In this document: one piece after another, positions 37,096 through 50,299 of the stretch
How the letters are laid out: the number at the start of each line of letters is the position of its first letter
Position numbering within the stretch: the stretch's first letter is position 1
From: Lama guanicoe
Taxonomy: Eukaryota
Direction: 5' to 3'
DNA: 64,000 bases
NCBI GenBank assembly: GCA_013239625.1
Contig: MU053629.1
Coordinates: forward strand, 4,987,567-5,051,566
The notes under the pieces: model-generated
What the model was told of the DNA's origin: nothing
Database searches by the model: none
Seen by the model: only the letters and a program-made list of their open reading frames with translations
Made by a program: the position numbers and the translations under genes

Positions 37096-38849
37096 GTACA
37101 GTGATGGCTAAAGTATATATCTAAGTTTAAAAGTTAATATTTCTTAAGGATATTAAAAATATACCCAGTTTTCAACAAGTATTGAAAGTATTGGGTTTAG
37201 ATGTTTAGGGGAGGGAAAACCTTTTCCTATTATGAAATGTCCTAATTATTATCCAATTTCAGTTTTAATATAGCAAGTCATGTAACATATATTTAACCAC
37301 ATTTCTCTATTTTGGTTGCCTTTGGTTGGTTTATAAGCTCCAGCTAATGATATGTTTAAATATCATAGAGGTCAGCCCTTTAAAAGCACCAAGTTTTATG
37401 AAAGCAAAGACCTTATCTACATGAGTGGCAAACTACTGTAGATAAGGAACTGGTACTTAGGTTAAGTCTACAGTGTCTCATGGGCTAACCACCAAAATAG
37501 TCTAATTTGCTTTGTCCTGTTATTTTAAATCATTAATTTAAATGCACTCTTAATTTAGATTCCATGTGAGACATCTCTTTATAGTTTTGCAAAGACAAAA
37601 AGAAAATTTTCCAACATGGTACTGCCCCATATTCAGTTTCTTTTCTTAGCCCATTTCTTCTAAGAATACCTTATGAAATCTTTTATGTTAATATGTCTCT
37701 CTCTCTCTCTGGCTTGTATAAACCACCTTATGCTGGATTTTTTAGTCAATGACTAGACTTGTGTCGGCCTAAGTGCCCTGCGCTATTGTAGTTGCAGTAG
37801 TAGAAGAGGAAATACAGGACCACTGTCTGCCTCAGCCTGTTTTCTCTGTAAAGCGGGAAGGATAAGTCAGGTAGCCCAGTCTCAACAATCAAATCCTAAG
37901 TTTTACGTACAGGTTGTAGATACATAGGAGATCTGAAAAGAGCCTAAAGCGCCATGCTTCCTGGAGCGACGTGGAAATCTCTGATCTAGGCTTAAAAATA
38001 GTGAAGACTGAGAAAGCGGAGGAGAGGTTGAGGTCTTGCTTTTGGAAGGCACCAACAAAGGTATTTCTATGTAAAAGCTACTTTGTCTTCTGTGAGGGAC
38101 AGACCATGATCATGACTGAATAAAGGGTTAAAATATGATGCCTTCATAATTAATTATATATTGCTGTAATATTTTTTATTTCCTGCCTCAACAATTCACA
38201 TTTTGTTCATATGATATGTGATATTGTCCTTTAAAACAGTGATTTTCAAATTGTTGCCTGGAGCCACCCTTTGGGATCTACCCTCCGGCTACCATTTCAC
38301 CTTCTACCCCTCCAACCCCCTTAACCCCACCATATATACACACTCTGAATCAAAGTAGTGCTTGCTTTGATCTGTTTTGCATGTTCGACTTCTGGGTTTT
38401 TATTTGAGGAAAGTCTTAAGACTAAAATAAAGCTTGAAAACTGTAGCTCTGGAACAAAAGATCTAGTTACTATCCTTAGTATTAACATATGTGCGTTCTT
38501 TAAATCAGCAAGAGGTACGGTTCATATTCCAAAGGAAGGTTTTTTCCCCCTGGGGTAGACCAGTTCAGAGATTCTAAGGGAATTTTGATGGCTAAAAATG
38601 GCTTAGCCATTTTTAATTCAAATTTATCTCCAGAAGTTGAAAAAAAGAGCCATTTTGTATTATATTTGGTAATTGTTAGGTGGTTCTTTGTGTTTTAATA
38701 AAAAGGTTTTCATCCCCCCCCCCCTCACCCTTCACAGCAATCCCAGTGTATTAAGTGGGGAGTATATACCTGTCTACTATCCTTTTTTTTTTTTTGAGAG
38801 TGATACAAAAGAGGTTGTATTCTTCAAATCAGAACATGCATTTTATTTT

Positions 38850-39145
38850 ATTTTTTAACACTTTTATTGTGATATGGTTCCTATACAGTAAACTACACAT
38901 ATTTCAAATGTATAATTTGATGAATTTTGATAGATGTACACACCAGTGACACCACCACCACAATCAAGATATCTAACATTTCCATCAATCCTCAAGAGGT
39001 GCAATTTTTAAATTCCCAGTTTATCCCTTCCCACCCCCTTTACCATAAGTTTGTTCTCTATGTCTGTGAGTCTGTTTCTGTTTTGTAGGTAAGTTCATTT
39101 GTGTCCTTTTTTTTAGATTCCACATATAAGCAATATCATATGGCA
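38850..39145 (-). mobile_element. L1 3' UTR fragments
   Basis: tgatgaattttgatagatgtaca...caccacaatcaagat and accataagtttgttctctatgtctgtgagtctgtttctg...ttagattccacatataag. Confidence 0.7.
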
Positions 39146-40623
39146 TTTTTCTATCATCTACTTACAATTGTTTTTCTAAAACATGAAAAGAATTTGGTCA
39201 GAATTAGGGTCAGCATTTTCTCTATTAGATTCCTAATCTGTTTTCATTTATTTGTTTCCACTCCCCACTGCCATGAACTCCTATACAGAAACTTTATACT
39301 ATTGTTTGCCGTTTTTTCCCTTTGGTTTGTTAGGGTGATTTAGATTTTCACTTTTTACTTAGTTGAATAGGAGTCAGCTTGTCATATAAATTACTCTTTT
39401 TCGATAGCTTCAGGCAGCCAGGTCCATGTTTCAAATTTATCACCTCATTGGAATAAATTGATTTAAATCTTCATGGCATGCTCTTACTGTTGCGGTGTAA
39501 AGAACTGGCCTGTAATAGATGGTTCTTCTGGGGTTAGAGATGATCCTGAGAGCTATGACATCTGTTTGCTAAGTATATTTTGAGAAAATGTTTGTAGATT
39601 AGTAATTCTCTACCCTTTCGTGGATCTCTAATCCCTTTGAGAATCTGACGGAAGCTATAGATTGTCTCCCCTTAAAGATGAACATATATGCGTATCCATG
39701 AGATTTGACATAGAAAATTGTCCCATTTTGTGGATCCTCCCACACAAAAAAAAGATGTTGAAAGATGTTTGTGCATTAGGGTATTTCATAGAATTCAGAG
39801 GCAGCCTTCATCTTACATATAACTCAAAGGTGTTATGAACATTCTGTAAATATGGAATGAGCCTCAGTTGTATATTGGGAATAATTAAGTAATTAAGAAT
39901 AGTTGTCTTAAAGAGCAAATTAATAATTTATTTCTTGATCTATGTAAGAATGAATAGAGAATTTATAACTTACGTAGCTGCCCTTGGTTTTCTCAAAAGA
40001 TTATACATTTAATTTAGAAATGAATGTTTTCTAAACTAGTATTCTAAATACTTGTGGATATAATACAAATAATGTTATTCAACATCTTCAGTTCCCAGGG
40101 AATAATGGAGTACCTGGGCTTAGTGGACAGAACTTGATCCTGGGGGTGCACTGCTAGCATTTTCAGTATGTTCTGCTGAGAACCAAAACAATGTTTTGTT
40201 CTACTGGCACATAAGTTTGAGAAATACTGTATATTTCCCTTTTAAAAAGTTACAGTGCTTGTTAGCCTAGCTCTGAGAAGTTAGTTCTATGTTCAGGGAA
40301 CTTAATTTTTTGATTCAGAATTTCTTTAATTTATTCAACCACAGAGTGCCTTCCCTCCCTTCCCCCACCCAAACATGCTTAAACAAACGATTGGAAATAT
40401 TATGAAAACAACTACAGGTTGGTACTTGTGAGCACTGAAACTGTACTTTGATGGAATTATTTATTTTGAACCTGTTTAAATACATTTATTCATCATGTGA
40501 AATGTCTAGTTTTAGTAGTTTTTGATTGTTAAGTTTGACCATCTTTTAGATTAAGTATGGAGCAAAAATATTAATGAGGTCATCCTTTAATAAAGGAAAT
40601 TAAACTTGTCCTTTATTGTTTAG

Positions 40624-40714
40624 GTTTTGTTTATCAGAAACCAGTTGTCCGCAAGAAGATCACTTCCCACCCAACCTTTGTGTGAAAGTGAATACAAAAC
40701 CTTGCAGCCTTCCA
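40624..40714 (+). CDS. PIAS1: PIAS1 internal coding exon (91 nt, ~exon 5): FCLSETSCPQEDHFPPNLCVKVNTKPCSLP
   Basis: Acceptor ctttattgtttag|G and donor CCA|gtaagt. PIAS-family sequence, frame continuous. Confidence 0.97.
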
Positions 40715-41365
40715 GTAAGTCCTAAAAACTATTTTTTAAATGCATTGCCAACATAGCTATCAAATAAGTCATCACAGCTGTTGTTAATCATAGGGGTTTT
40801 TTCCCCTAAGAAAACATCTTTATTTTGGATATATATTCATGTGACTGAGTGAAACACTTGTACCAACTATGTACAATTAACAGCTGTGACATTAGCTGTG
40901 GAGACAGAGTCTAGGACTTGGCATTGGGTGTGGTAGATTTAGTGTTGTGCCGAATTTTGAGAAGAAGAGTTGATTTCAACAAAACCTCAGATGTATTCAT
41001 GTGGATCTGGAAGCTTGTGGGAGCATAGAGATTTGAAGAATGCTGGACCTTTAACAGGAATGGGGGTTCTTATTGTTCACCTTTAAAATATTCCTTATAG
41101 ACTTATCCGAGCTCTTTAAGAATTCAGTCTAATTCTTAAATTTTAGAGATTTTTAAGTTCTATTACCAGTATTTTTTCAGGCTTACTACAATGAGACTGT
41201 AGGGTTGTTTAGAGAAATATACAAGAAACTCTTAGAAATGATTGTCTCTCTACTTTTAAACTAAAATACTCAGATTTTCTAATATGTCATTTGTAAAGTA
41301 TTTTTAAGGAATGAAAGTTGAGATGTTATGGGAATAATGTCAAATGAATTCTGTTTCATCCTTAG

Positions 41366-41500
41366 GGTTATCTTCCACCTACTAAAAACGGTGTGGAACC
41401 AAAGCGACCTAGCCGACCAATTAATATCACCTCCCTTGTCAGGTTGTCCACAACTGTACCAAACACCATTGTTGTTTCTTGGACTGCAGAAATTGGAAGA
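41366..41500 (+). CDS. PIAS1: PIAS1 internal coding exon (135 nt, ~exon 6): GYLPPTKNGVEPKRPSRPINITSLVRLSTTVPNTIVVSWTAEIGR
   Basis: Acceptor tttcatccttag|G and donor AGA|gtaagt. Contains the diagnostic PINIT motif. Confidence 0.98.
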
Positions 41501-41699
41501 GTAAGTAAATTATTTTTTCTACCAGATTTTCGTAATAGAAGGAAGGATTAAATTCCATCACTACCTGAGCTTATATAAATGTAAATGATATTATCAGACA
41601 AGTTGCAGAAGGATTTATTTTTGTCTCACAATAAATTTTCAGAGTGTTCCCATTTAAAAAATGGGAATGGGATCTCGCAGTATCCAGTGTTTTAGAACC

Positions 41700-42770
41700 T
41701 GATAACTTTCACTCAGCAATTTACCATAAACGTCTTCCTACGTTACTTCATGTGCAAGTGCATGATTTTAAGTGGCTACATGATACTCCAATATGAATGT
41801 GCCATAACTTAGCCTATTCCCTATTGTTGAGCATTTATTTGGTTGGTTGATTCCTTACTGTTTCAGAGAACATTTTGAAGACCATCCTAGTGGATAACTT
41901 TGCATACATAAACATGATAATTTCCTTAAATTCCCAAAAGGAATTGCTGAGTCAAAGAGCATGCAGAATTTAAAGAAATTTTGTGTACATTGGCAGATTG
42001 CCTTACCAAAAGACGTACAAATTTATTCTCTGACTTTTGGTGTTTATTCACATGCCTATTGACTGATAGCCTGTCAACAGAGTTTATTTTTCTTTAAAAT
42101 CCAATACCAATTTTAATAGGTAAATAATGGTACCACATTGCTTCAATTAGTGCTCCTTTTATTTTTACTGAGATTGAACATATTTTGTTTGTGATTATTT
42201 ACATTTTAAAATTACAGCAATATCTATTTCTCTATTGCTATTTTTCTTATTTTTATTGATTTATGAGTTCTTTATATAGTGATTTAACCCTCTTTCACAT
42301 GTTGCAAATGTTTGTTTCTAGATTGTTGCCTTTTGTTTTTATTTATGTAGTTATTTAATGTGTAGAAGATTTAATTTACTATGGAGCCAAATACTGACCA
42401 GTTCTAGTTCTTAATAGTCTTTCCCCTCAGCCCCCATCATGCTTAGTCTGTCTGTACTTCCCAGTCTTACATAAATACTTGTTTATATCTTCCTCTGAAC
42501 TTTTGAGGTTTCCTTGTTTTACTTTTAAATATTTAATCAGTTGTGAATTTATGTGGGGTGTGAAATAAAAATTTACTTAATTTTTTTAATAGCCAGTTCT
42601 GAAACTATTAACTAAATAAATGCTGATAACTCAGAAACCACCATTATTATGTATTTGGTTTTTATTTATTCTGAACTTTTCTGTATTGTTTCTTAGCCTA
42701 CCGTTCTTTTTCTGGCATAATTTCAGACTGTTTTTGATTATTACAGTTCTGTGATATGAACTCATGCCTG
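41700..42770 (-). mobile_element. Highly diverged L1 (L1ME-like)
   Basis: ggaattgctgagtcaaagagcatg, agttctttatata, gttgcaaatgttt, ttttgattattacag motifs. Confidence 0.6.
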
Positions 42771-42779
42771 TTCACTAAT

Positions 42780-44560
42780 TCGTTTGAAATTTATAGAATA
42801 CTTACTATATTTCATGTACTATACTAAAAACTGGCAGTACTATAAGAAGAAAAAGAAGTCCTGACTCTTTTGGAGCCTAGGATCCAGGGGCCAGGAACCT
42901 AGTCACACACAAAACTGTGAACTTTATTATAAGTACTATCTAGGAGAGAGGTGTGATTTTAGATTATATTAAAGGGCACTTTGAACTAGAGAAAGGGCAG
43001 GCAGGGCTTCCCTGAGGAAGTAATGGCTGAGCTAAGAGCTGAGAGAAGGGTAGAATGGAATCAATCAGTTAGGTGAATGGTTCAGGGGAAGCAATCTTCA
43101 GAATAGCCCACTGGCAGGGGTGAGTCTAGTTCTTTTTAAGAAGCTGAAAGGAAGCAACTGTGGTTAGAGCGCAGAGAATGTTGGAGAGCAGGATGCAGGA
43201 TGAGGCTGGAGGTGGAAAGGTGCCAAACTGTGCAGGGCCTTTGAGGCATTGTTAATGTTAAGAATATTCTCTCTTTAAGCAGGAAGTTTTTAGGACCCTG
43301 TTTCTGTTCAGAAAGGGCCACTCTTCAGAGTGTTGAACAATTTGAACACAGGCCAGAATCACACAGAGGTTACCTCTTACAAGCAAGGTGTTGCTGAAGT
43401 GTTAGTGAGAGAGCATATTAGCCCTGAGTGATGCCGTTGGGGATGGAGACAAGTAGGTAGCTCTGTAGGATTGAGTGATAGAAGCAGGGGCTGAGACAAA
43501 GGAGATGTCAAGGATGCCTCCTTGGTTTCTGGCTTGAGTATCAAGGTAAATGATAATATTACTGATAGAGGAAACACTAAAAAAGTACAGAGTTTAGGTG
43601 TGTCTTGTTTTGTTTTGCTTTGAAGGAAGGAGTATGGGACTACAGGGAGACAATCATGAGTTCAGTTTTGGAGCTTTTAAGTGTGGGATGCCTTTGGGAC
43701 ATTCCGAATAGGCAGTGGGGCAGATAGGCTCAGAGGATAAGTTTGGGCTAGAGGGAAAAAATGTGAGTCATCTGCACATTGGTGGTTATTGGAGCCATAA
43801 AAGCAGGATGACATTGTTTAAGGGAAAACTATCGAGTAGGGAGAAGAGAGGGTTGAAGACGTGTTCTTGAGGAACTGTAACATTTGACGCTGGGTAGAAG
43901 AGAGTGAGCCTGCAGAGGACATGGGGAAATAGGACCAGAGAGGTGGGGCAGAATGGAGAGTGGCTATGAGAAGCCAAGGGAAACGTGCCAAGAAAGAAGC
44001 AGATCGTAAGCAGCATTGAGCAGACGTTGAGACGTCAGGTATGTTGAAGTCTAAAAAAAATACCTTTTGGATAAGAAGCATAAAGGTGACTTTAGCATGA
44101 GCTGTTTTGGTGAATGGTGGGAGGAGAAGCCAGATTGTGACCAGGTGGAGGTGAGGCTGGAGTTAAGTATAAAAGTGTGACTTTGGAAAGAGAGAAGGGT
44201 GAGCTGGAGGGAAATGTGAGATACAAGTTATTGGTTTTAATGAGAATCTTAAACATGTTTAAAGGATGATGGCAGATAAATAAATCTTGAGAGAAAGAGA
44301 AGATAATAGTGAATTGCATAGTAACTCATTGTAGCTAGGAGGGACAACCTTATTTAATAGAAGAATAAAAGGATTGGATGAGTCCATGTGATTGGTGCTG
44401 GAGAGGTGAGTAAGTGCTAATCTGATGACTTCTTTTATGTCTGGGAGATAGGAAGTGGGGTAAGTCTGCTGAAAGTTTGAAAAGAAATAGGGGCCTTGAG
44501 GAGAGTGCAAGTGTTGGGAAAGTAATTACAGGAGGGAAGACAGGTTCCCCTGCATTATCT
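42780..44560 (-). mobile_element. Long L2 fragment
   Basis: Purine-rich antisense L2: gggcttccctgaggaagtaatggctgagctaaga, gtcaaggatgcctccttggtttctggcttgag, atcatgagttcagttttgga. Confidence 0.85.
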
Positions 44561-44679
44561 TTCTGAGAGTGTGAATGAGATTGCTTTTAAATGTGTATAT
44601 TAACTTAGGGAGGATTCGTTTATTTAAATTAATTAATTAAATTTACTATTTATTTCAATTTATTTAATTACTTAATGTC

Positions 44680-45350
44680 CTTATTCCAGGAACTGTATGT
44701 TTCTCCATTTGTTCAAATCCTCTTTCATGTTCCTCAGTAATTTAATAGGTCTCTCCATATACGTCTTCCATATTTTTATTGACTCCTGAGTTGTATATTA
44801 TTATTACTGCTATTGTAAATAGATATTATTTCTATTATATTTTCTAAAAAATTATTTATTGTTAGTTTATTTAAAAGCTAGTTATTGTTGAATATTTACT
44901 TCACACATAAATTTATGTTGGTTCCGATAGCTTTTTAGTTGGTTTCTTGGTGTTTCCAGATAGGCAGTGTTGAATTTGAGATGTATCATTGATACATGTA
45001 TCGTACAGATAATGATAATCCTAATTCTTATTCTTGTCCTATTGTGCTATCTAGAGCCTTCAGAACAGTGTTAAATAATGCGAGTGCTGGTGGGCATACT
45101 TGACTTGTTCCTTATGTTAATGAGAATACTGCTGGTGCCATAACGTTAAGTATTATAATGGCCGTTAATTTTTGATAGAACTTACTTACATCAAGAATGT
45201 ATTCCTATGGCGTCTTTTTCACTGGATATCTTTGAGAGAAATGGATTTTGAATTTGGACAAAATCCTTTTTGACATCATGGTTATATTTTTTTCCTTTAC
45301 CTAATGAATATGCCACTATTGAATTTTTAAAATCCTTTGAAAATGTTTTC
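44680..45350 (-). mobile_element. Diverged L1 ORF2 fragment
   Basis: tctccatttgttcaaatc, cttcagaacagtgttaaataat...gggcatacttgacttgttcct, atggattttgaattt. Confidence 0.65.
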
Positions 45351-45890
45351 TTTGAATGTACCTTGTGGTTCTCCCTTTTTGTCCCCCTTTTTGAAAGAGG
45401 GTGTTGCAAATGTTTTGGGGTTGTTTTTTTTTTGTCTGTGTGAAGAGTATAGCCTGCCAAGGAAGTGTGTAGACACCAGGGTGTTTATAGTGAGCTATGA
45501 AAGAAGTCTGAAACTGGGAGAAGAAGGAGATGTGGTTGCTGATACATAGTCCTACAAGAGAGAGGGGGCTGTTCTTCCCTGGGAAGCCTTCCACACCTCA
45601 GAAAGAAAACATTATCTTCAATGATTTGAAGGTCTGCCTGTTGAGACCCTGATCTACAAGTTGGAGACCTTCTTTTTGAAGTAAAAGTTAGAGAGAAAAT
45701 TACTCTTTTCTAAAGCCCAGAAGATAACTTATTAGATTGTTTTTTTGATCACTGGTTTTAATTCAACTTGTGAAGATACTCTGAACAGTATGTGTAATCC
45801 CTTGCTATTTTGGGGATTAATTTCTATTATTAGTTGCCACTGAGAAATGTTAGCATTATGCCTTCAAAGGAAATAAATGGAAGAGCTAGT

Positions 45891-46022
45891 GTTAGCTAAT
45901 GCAGTGGTGGTAACCAACTTACAATATATAACTATGAAATCAACACATTGTACACCTTGAATTTACACAATGTTATATGTCAACTATAGCTCAATTTTTA
46001 AAACTGTAATATTTCAAAGAAA
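45891..46022 (+). mobile_element. Short L1 3' tail with TSD
   Basis: aaatcaacacattgtacaccttgaatttacacaatgttatatgtcaactatagctcaat. aagagctagt is repeated at 45881 and 46023. Confidence 0.7.
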
Positions 46023-47979
46023 AAGAGCTAGTACAGTGCTTGAAGGAAAAAAGTGAACTGTGTTGTAACTTCTTATCCTATCTCAGGGAAATCACTGCAT
46101 TTAGCACTTATTAAACCATCATTGTTTATAGGGAAGTTATTTAGACACTGGTGTAAAGGGCTGTTAATGAGTAGATCATATCTTAATAATGAAGAAACTG
46201 TCCTATGATCTTGATAAACAATTTTGAAGACTTTCAAAAAAGCGTTAGACAAAAACATCAGTGTAATGTAATAACTTTCAATTGTTGGAGTTAGGTAGTA
46301 CTTTGAAGGGTTGGCAGAAATAATGTGATATCATCTCCCTAGAAGAGATCCTATACCACTGTGAAGTTTTGGGGTGGGGGAGTTGCTGCTGAATTTCTTT
46401 CATATGATATAAAATTTAATTCCATATTATCAGTACAAGTGCAACTGACTAACACCTGAGCTTCTTTTTGCTTTTTCTTCTACTGCTGTTTCTCTTCCCC
46501 ACCCCCTTAATCTGGTTACATGTTTCAACTAGAGTGAACATACCTTTTCACTGAACTTGTAGTTGTGGTTTCTACTTGATCTCTCCTTAAAAATTTATAT
46601 AAAGCCTTAGGGTAACTCCTAGTTCTGAAGATTCAAGCTATCAGTACATAATTTCAGAGTGTTAATTAGCATTTTCCAGTTTCTGTCATACTTGAAGCAT
46701 TCATCAAATAAATAATAAAGGTGAATAAAGATTTTTTCCTAAAAGAAGCTTTTAAGTTTTATATTAAATTGGTATGTTGTATGCTTTAAAATTTATGCAG
46801 GTTTTAAGGTTACTTGTTCCTCAATTATAAAAATATATATTTTATAATTAATTAATTATATATTTCACAATTTATTAATGAAGGTAGATTAGCTTTTTTG
46901 AGGCCTCATTTTTTTCCCCTGGAAAATGTGTAACATGTGAACACAAGTAGGTTTCTGAACTCTAAATGAAAATCTGACCATCTAGAGGGTATTGTAGGAT
47001 ATGTTCTCTTCTTGCCAAAGAAGGAGAATACATTTTCAAAGGTGTGAGATGAACTGAAAGTTGGAATGTAGGATTTTGTTGGAATTGGCCTAGGTTAGGA
47101 GGATCAAGGCAAACTATATGAGATCAAGAACTGTAGAGCACTACTGTGGCCTTGGCCATTAGTCTATTGTCTTGACATCCCTACTCTTTCTTCTTGGTTT
47201 CTAGTGCCACCTTTGTCACCAAGCAGATGCAAGATCATGAGCAGATTACATATATTTTTTAAGATTTAAATTTAAAAAATTTTGTGTGTCTCCATTTCAT
47301 CAACCCTTCACTTAGAAAAATACTTAACCCTGCCTATCTCTGAAAGGCCTTCTGTGAGGTTTAAATGAAGTGGGTAGTATACAGTAAGCGCGCTTAGAAA
47401 ACTGTAGCTATAAATAGAAGATGGCAGTAATCATTCTTCCTTGTTGCTTCTTTCCAAATCCTCTTGGTCTTCCTCTTGATTCTAACACCACATGGGAAGT
47501 GGGCCTTCTTACCCGGACACCTTTCCTACCTTGCGTACGCCTCAGCCCTCTTTCCTTCCTCTTGTCCAGTCATGTGCCTTTCCTTTGCATTGGCTTACCT
47601 ATCTCCTTTGTCCCCTTTCTCCTCCTGCCATCTCTGGGTAGTCCCTCTTCTGGTAGTGGATATTCATCTGTTCATTTGCCAATCCAGCAGCTTCTCTTTG
47701 AAAATCTTTAAAATTCTCTCTTCTTGTAGTGATAATGGGCCAAGTAGGATCTTTCCAAGAACTAGTTAAAGGCATAGAGAGAGATTAAGTGGTATAAATT
47801 AGGATACCAATCTAATTTGTAATTTTTAAAATAGCTACAATTTTAGATATACCAATCACCTATAAATAAACCATATTATACCTGTAAATATAGTATATGA
47901 TGACTTTGACATCTTATTGGCCTTGGTTTATGTTTAGTTTTAACAATGTTCTTTTATATAAGTGACTTAAATTGATTGG

Positions 47980-48190
47980 CTTCAAGCATAGGCAATCAGG
48001 TAATACAGAAGCATGGCAGACCTGGCTTTAAAAGCTGTGAAATTAGGGCAAGTTCTTTTACTTCTCTACAGTTCACTTTCCTCATCCATAAAAGTAGGAT
48101 GACCTCAGCAGCTTTTTAGGTTAGGATTAAATGAAACACTGTTCATGAAAACACCTAAGATAGTGCTTGGCACACAGTAGGTGTTTTAAC
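47980..48190 (+). mobile_element. MIR relic just upstream of the 48290 exon
   Basis: gggcaagttc...tttcctcatccataaaa...aggattaaatgaaa...tagtgcttggcacacagtaggtg. Confidence 0.75.
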
Positions 48191-48289
48191 AGGTGTTCGT
48201 TTTCTTTCCCTATCATTGTGGGATTAAAATAGATGTACCTATTTACTTACATATGTTGTTTGTTTTCTACATCTTTTTTTTTTTTCCAG

Positions 48290-48395
48290 AACTATTCCAT
48301 GGCAGTATATCTTGTAAAACAGTTGTCCTCAACAGTTCTGCTTCAGAGGTTACGAGCAAAGGGAATAAGGAATCCGGATCATTCTAGAGCTTTAA
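48290..48395 (+). CDS. PIAS1: PIAS1 internal coding exon (106 nt, ~exon 7): NYSMAVYLVKQLSSTVLLQRLRAKGIRNPDHSRAL
   Basis: Acceptor poly-T ccag|A and donor TAA|gtacgt. The sequence is also embedded in track ORF 48233..48451. Confidence 0.97.
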
Positions 48396-48839
48396 GTACG
48401 TATGATAATCTTATTTTATTTATGCAGTTGAACTATTTCTGTAAAGGTTAGAGTAGTATTTTCTCAACTCAAGAAACTTCAGGGTTTGGTTTTTAACTAG
48501 AGCTTGTCAGAGTGGTTAAAACACTGAAGACCGTGTTTTGTGAGCCAGAGTAAATCAAGACTTAAGAATAGTTTTAATATTTTTGTCATGACCTCTATTT
48601 TATATTTGACTGATCTTAAAATTAACTTGGTAAAATCAGTACATGAATACAGATGCATATTTTACCAAAACTTGATAAAACAAATAAATGTTCAGGAATT
48701 CTAGGAGATGGGAAGGAAGTCTTGCCTATATCTCACAAGAATTATTTTATATTATCCAGGAAAAAAGTCCAAGGATATGTGATGATAACATCCTTGCAAA
48801 CCAAAGTACAAAGAGAGTCAGCGGGATGGTAGATATAAT

Positions 48840-48970
48840 AGTCAAGTAGGTTCTGCTTTTAATTAAATATGTGGCCTTGGACAAGTCACTCTACTCCTCA
48901 GACTCTCATATTCCTCATCTGTAACAAGAGATTTATACCACATGAACTCTAATGCCCCTGCCAAGTCTAG
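48840..48970 (+). mobile_element. MIR relic
   Basis: tgtggccttggacaagtcact...ttcctcatctgtaa. Confidence 0.65.
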
Positions 48971-50299
48971 GTTCTTAGGTATGAATAACTAGATGGTTCA
49001 TTTTCTTGTGTTGAATTTGAGGTAGAGGAAGGTGCAAGTTGAGTGTTCTCATCCCAGTGTTTGAGGGTTAAGGCCAGAGGTTGGCAGCCTTTCCAAGGAA
49101 GTAAACTAAGTTCTTCCTTTATTCTCTTCTTTGTGAGAGATTGTTCATGGATGGATTTGAGGATGGGGCTGGGCACTTGGGGAACAAAGCTTCTACAGAC
49201 TGGGGTTAGATAGCTACCCTTGAAGGATTCTTGATTTGAATTGATTAACGAAGCCCACCATCAGGTTTATAGTCAGGAGCATGCAACTGAAGTAGTTCAG
49301 GCCATCTTTTGTCTCACTTGCCTTTGTGGCATAGCTTTTATCTTTTTTTCCTAAACTACTTCTATGCCAAAGTAGAAGATTCCACTACCTCTGAATATCA
49401 GTATACCCTCAAGAGTTCATTGAAGGGGTTTCTGTATTAAAAGAACCCTTTTAAAAATGCAAATATTCTGAGTCAAGAGGGGCACACTGGCGGCTAATGC
49501 CTGGGTAGGCGTTCCTTGACAGTGGATCACTGGAATGGCAGCACTGGTTTGGGGTCCGGGGTAGTGGAAGCACCATGTTATATTTAATCATCATCAGAAG
49601 AAGAAGAAGAAGAAGGAGGCACACTGTCTTGGCTCAAGCTATGAACTCTTCCCCACTGGTAGCCGCAGCACCATCTGGAGGGACAGTGGGCTGGTGAGCC
49701 TAGAGGTATTTTGTTTTATGGAAGGAACCGCTGTTAGCCACTGTGAAGCAGCAGAAGCGGCTTCATTCGCAGGCTGTTGATTTCATCTCTAATACAGCGC
49801 TGGAGGTGGAGAGTAGTGGAGACTGGGGAGGATGTTTGCAGCACTGTATGCCTTACCTTCCTTACTGGCCTGGGGTACCGACAAAAACATCAGTTTGGAT
49901 CCTACTACCAGTAAAACATTTGTTGTCATTGACTAAAGAACACATTTTCTGCCTTTATGTTATCTCTAAAGAAAACTTTCCCAACAAATTAATTTTGTAA
50001 TTAAAAGACGGTGTGAAACAACTTGACAGAAGAAAATGTTGGCGGGTTCCTCAGATATTTTTAAAGAGTCAAATCATCTACAAATTTGTTCATTGTGAGT
50101 CATTCTTAGTCTTATCAATAGATTCTTCTGACAGCATTTTATTAACTAAAACAGGCACTGTTCTTGATATTAAAGTCGATAGTATTTATACTTTTCTCAG
50201 AGAAATTCATTCTCTGATTCATTTGATTTAGTAGATTTTTGTATTGTTTTTTCCATATTTGTGCAGAGTTGGCCTCTCACAACTATCACAAAACAGTCC

